Source: Rhodospirillales bacterium (lineage in GTDB: Bacteria > Pseudomonadota > Alphaproteobacteria > CACIAM-22H2). From it: DNA of 64,000 nucleotides. Where the stretch lies: the NCBI GenBank assembly GCA_016794025.1, contig JAEUKX010000094.1, positions 2,052 through 66,051 on the forward strand. The letters run 5' to 3'. A program made the position numbers and the translations under genes. The notes under the pieces are model-generated. The model did not search any database, was not told where the DNA came from, and saw nothing but the letters and a program-made list of their open reading frames with translations. Below, piece after piece: positions 61,210 through 64,000 of the stretch; the stretch's first letter is position 1; each line of letters begins with the position of its first letter.

Positions 61210-62319
61210 ATGAAAAGCCGCATCAGCGATCTGTTCTTCCAGGCGACCGCGCGCCGGCATATCTCGCTCAAGGCGATCGCGCGCATCGGCGGTTGCAGCG
61301 CGATATCGGTCGAACGGCTGAAGTCGGGCGAGACCAAGAAGCTCGACGTCGAGCTTGTCTACCGTGTCGCCCGTACCCTTCCCGACGCCGATGCGTTCAT
61401 TCAGGAGGTCATGCCCGGCCTCTCGGGCACGCGCACTTCGCCAGAGCTCGCCTCGATCGATTCCAAGCTTGAGGAGATCCGCCAGTTTGTCGCGTCGTCG
61501 GGCGTCACGACACGCACCGAGCCGTTCCGGCCGGTCTGGTGCCTCGACGACGGCACGTGCGTGCATGTCGTCGATGGGTTCGCCCAGACGGCCCGGCGCG
61601 TGGCAGGGATTCCCACCGGCGACCGCGGCGACGCGACCGATTTCGTCTGCCGAGGGTTCGGCTGGATCGCCGTGGGCGAACGGGACGGTTTCGGCCAGCT
61701 GATTTTCGACCGCGAGCACGTGGACCCGCGCGCCTGCACGAAGGCGCTGGCGGTCATGGAACTGATGCCCTACGAGCGCGTGCGGATCGACATCTGCGGC
61801 GAGGAGCCGGTCCTCGAGGCGATCGGCGACGCGCGCCGCATTCTCGAACGCCGGATCCGCGCTTCGCGTCCCACGCCGCGCGACTGGGTCGATCTGGAAG
61901 TGCCGGTCAATCAGGCCGACGAGAGACTCCGCCGCGTGCTCGCCACGCGCTTTGCCGACGACCCGCTCGGCCACATGGTCCGCATGCTGCGCGAGGGCGA
62001 AAGCTCGCTCTTCTCGGTGCGCTCGGGCGAGGCGTACTGCTACCACATCGGCTCGAAATTCAACGCGCCCACCCAGTCCGAGACGGGCATGCGCGTCCTC
62101 GACCGGACGAACCACGTGCAGTATTCGGCCATGATCGACCGGCACATCGTGAAGGCAAGCCGGGCGGCGAAGCCGACCGTCTCGCGGATCGGCGTGGATT
62201 TCGGTTTCCGCCGGACGCTCTACGAACGTCTGGCCCTTCCGTTCCGGCTCGACGGGCGGGAATTCGTGCTAACCACCTCGAAGATCCTGCAGGACTCGGC
62301 CCCCTCCGCGCTCAATTGA
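61210..62319 (+). CDS. hypothetical regulator: N-terminal XRE-like HTH plus C-terminal PAS_5-like region
   Basis: HTH-like ISLKAIARIGGCSAISVERLKSGE. C-terminal ...YERLALPFRLDGREFVLT resembles the end of alphaproteobacterial PAS_5 (DUF1457) domains. The middle is unrecognised. Confidence 0.6.
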   Translation: MKSRISDLFFQATARRHISLKAIARIGGCSAISVERLKSGETKKLDVELVYRVARTLPDADAFIQEVMPGLSGTRTSPELASIDSKLEEIRQFVASSGVTTRTEPFRPVWCLDDGTCVHVVDGFAQTARRVAGIPTGDRGDATDFVCRGFGWIAVGERDGFGQLIFDREHVDPRACTKALAVMELMPYERVRIDICGEEPVLEAIGDARRILERRIRASRPTPRDWVDLEVPVNQADERLRRVLATRFADDPLGHMVRMLREGESSLFSVRSGEAYCYHIGSKFNAPTQSETGMRVLDRTNHVQYSAMIDRHIVKASRAAKPTVSRIGVDFGFRRTLYERLALPFRLDGREFVLTTSKILQDSAPSALN

Positions 62320-62468
62320 GCGTTTGAGGCGCTTTTCTCCACCGAACGGTCCACAGGCTTCAGAATAGCGGTCCCAAAGCCTCGCTATTGAATCCCGTTC
62401 CGCGTCCTGCTTTCCGGAGTGGCGGCGGCGCCGCCGCGCCCATGTCCAGCCCGGAAAGGAATGCTCCC

Positions 62469-63263
62469 ATGGAGTTCATCGACGCCTTCGATCCCGACAA
62501 TGCGGCCTGCGAGCGCAAGTTCGCCTTCCGCAGCTGGACGCGGATCGCCTCCAGTTTCAACGATCTCGGCTATCGCGTGCACGTCACCCGCAATATGGCC
62601 GATGTGCGCGCCTTCTGGTCGCGCCTGCCCGACGCCAAGCGCGAAGCGATCCGCATGCCGCCCGTCCAGGACATCGCCTACCATCCGCATGTCGGCCCCG
62701 AGGATTTCGTGGCGTTCCTCGCCACGCGCGCAGGCGAGAACACGCCAAGCGCCATGGTCGGCGCCCGCCGCATCTGGATCGAGCGGTCCCTCAAGGAGGA
62801 GATGGAGGACCTTACGTTCTGGTACGGCGAACGCGCCGAGGAGATGCGCCGCCTCGGCCGGCGCTGCGAGGTCAGTGCGCCGTCGGCCCGCGAGATCGAC
62901 TCCGACCACATTGCATGGATGGGTGCCGGCATGAACGTGTCGGGCGATCCGCTGATCTATCGCGCCATCGTGCGCGCGTCGCTTTTCTTCGTCGCCACGC
63001 ACTGGCGGTTCAAGGCAACCGTCTCCATCGTCGAGCGCTCGACGTTCCGCGTGCACGGCTTCGACTGGTACGGCTTCCGACGCAACGAGATGGCCATCTA
63101 CCGCGACGACAACGAGTTCCTGCTCGCAACGATGCCGCGCCGCGAGCTTCTGGCCGAAGCCCGCCACGCGGCGTTTGCCGACGTCGCCAAGCCTCTGCTT
63201 GCCCGCCGCCGGCCGGGCGTGGCCCCCGGCCCGGTCGTCGAGCCTGTGCCGATGGCGGGCTAG
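62469..63263 (+). CDS. hypothetical protein (264 aa), no family recognised
   Basis: ATG 62469 behind GGAAAGGAA; good GC3 bias. Track ORF begins further upstream at 62388. Confidence 0.55.
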   Translation: MEFIDAFDPDNAACERKFAFRSWTRIASSFNDLGYRVHVTRNMADVRAFWSRLPDAKREAIRMPPVQDIAYHPHVGPEDFVAFLATRAGENTPSAMVGARRIWIERSLKEEMEDLTFWYGERAEEMRRLGRRCEVSAPSAREIDSDHIAWMGAGMNVSGDPLIYRAIVRASLFFVATHWRFKATVSIVERSTFRVHGFDWYGFRRNEMAIYRDDNEFLLATMPRRELLAEARHAAFADVAKPLLARRRPGVAPGPVVEPVPMAG

Positions 63264-64000
63264 CTGCCCGAGCCCTCGCCGGCGATCGCGGAAATCGGCG
63301 AGAGGATCTCGATCCCGCCCGTGACCGGCAGCAGCGCGCCGGTCACGAAGGCGGCGCGCGGCGAAAGCAGGTACGCAATGACGTCCGCGACGTCCTCGGC
63401 CCGGCCGAGCCGGCCCAGCGGCGTGCGGACCTTCGCGCCAGCCACGAGTCCTTCGTAGCGGTCGGCAAAGCCGTTGCGGACCATTGGCGTGTCGATGATA
63501 CCGGGGGCGACCGCATTGACGCGGATGCCGGCGGGCCCGAGCTGCTGTGCCATGCCATAGGTAAGCGTCGCCACGCCGCCCTTGGCCGAGCCATAGGCGA
63601 GGTTGGCGCCGCCATTGGCGTGGGCAATCGACGAGATGTGCACGATCGCGCCGCCTTCGCCCTGCGCGAGCATCCGGCGAACGACCGCCTTTGAAAACCG
63701 GAACACGGCGCCAAGATTGATGTCGACGAGGCGATCCCATTCCTCGTCGTCCATCTCGACGAGCTTGACCGGTCGCGAGGCGCCGGCACCGTTCACCAGA
63801 TTGTCGATCCGCCCGAAACGGGCGACCGCACGTTCGACTGCGCGCGCCGGCAGGTCGCGCGCACGCACATCGCCGGCGAGAACCTCGACTTCGGCGCCGC
63901 CATCGGCAAGTTCGCGCGCCAGACTGTCGAGCGCGTCCGCCTCCAGGGCCGTCAGGACGAGGCGATGACCGTCCGCCGCAAGCCTGCGCGCGAGCGCGCC
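63260..64000 (-). CDS. short-chain dehydrogenase/reductase, 5' end beyond the window
   Basis: NGAG motif (NLVNGAGAS), catalytic Y..K (AYGSAKGG), PGIIDTPM. The frame is open to the window edge. Confidence 0.85.
   Translation of the reverse strand, partial: GALARRLAADGHRLVLTALEADALDSLARELADGGAEVEVLAGDVRARDLPARAVERAVARFGRIDNLVNGAGASRPVKLVEMDDEEWDRLVDINLGAVFRFSKAVVRRMLAQGEGGAIVHISSIAHANGGANLAYGSAKGGVATLTYGMAQQLGPAGIRVNAVAPGIIDTPMVRNGFADRYEGLVAGAKVRTPLGRLGRAEDVADVIAYLLSPRAAFVTGALLPVTGGIEILSPISAIAGEGSGS

Overview
Very GC-rich chromosomal segment (judged by eye, with strong G/C third-codon bias; not computed), densely coding, with an alphaproteobacterial-looking gene repertoire. I support about 60 CDS. 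I recognised no rRNA, tRNA, CRISPR array, transposase or integrase.

Blocks in order:
1. 0.1-1.3 kb: DUF2007 protein, NPPY methyltransferase, small membrane Cys4 protein, followed by a 240-bp AT-rich convergent spacer containing tandem decamers.
2. 1.5-5.6 kb: OmpR-type two-component system, a 3x EF-hand protein and a DUF1217 protein. Their three promoter regions share a tandem CGTTACG-N3-CGTTACG repeat.
3. 5.6-9.6 kb: VOC protein, EamA exporter, a TAT-type beta-propeller translationally coupled to a cytochrome c, and a DSD1-type PLP enzyme.
4. 9.7-18.4 kb: eight-gene nucleoside uptake and catabolism operon (BMP-type ABC importer, PNP, deoC, deoA, deoB).
5. 18.4-25.2 kb: phoX with a Pho box, the phnW-phnA-phnY aminoethylphosphonate pathway, and a divergent LysR regulator.
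6. hemN with an FNR/FixK box.
7. 26.7-33.8 kb: peptide ABC importer coupled to an M20 peptidase, then a tautomerase.
8. modABC with a Mo-box, then apt.
9. Multi-PAS histidine kinase, then hutG and hutF.
10. 41.7-48.5 kb: operon of unknown function (transglutaminase, fused circularly permuted ATP-grasp + alpha-E, DUF2126).
11. MFS pump, then a 2-kb patch of hypothetical genes separated by AT-rich spacers.
12. 52.1-60.5 kb: two convergent operons with near-identical sigma-54-type promoters. A Rieske oxygenase plus DMGDH-like demethylase faces an AEP-type ABC importer plus HAD hydrolase. This is my best candidate for an undescribed catabolic system.
13. GlcG-like protein, an orphan HTH/PAS-like regulator with an unrecognisable partner, and a truncated SDR.

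Six of the nine convergent gene junctions share one CTAG tetranucleotide as the stop codon on both strands. Many very long ORFs in the track are antisense shadow frames typical of high GC and were rejected. All family assignments come from motif recognition by eye; no database search was possible.
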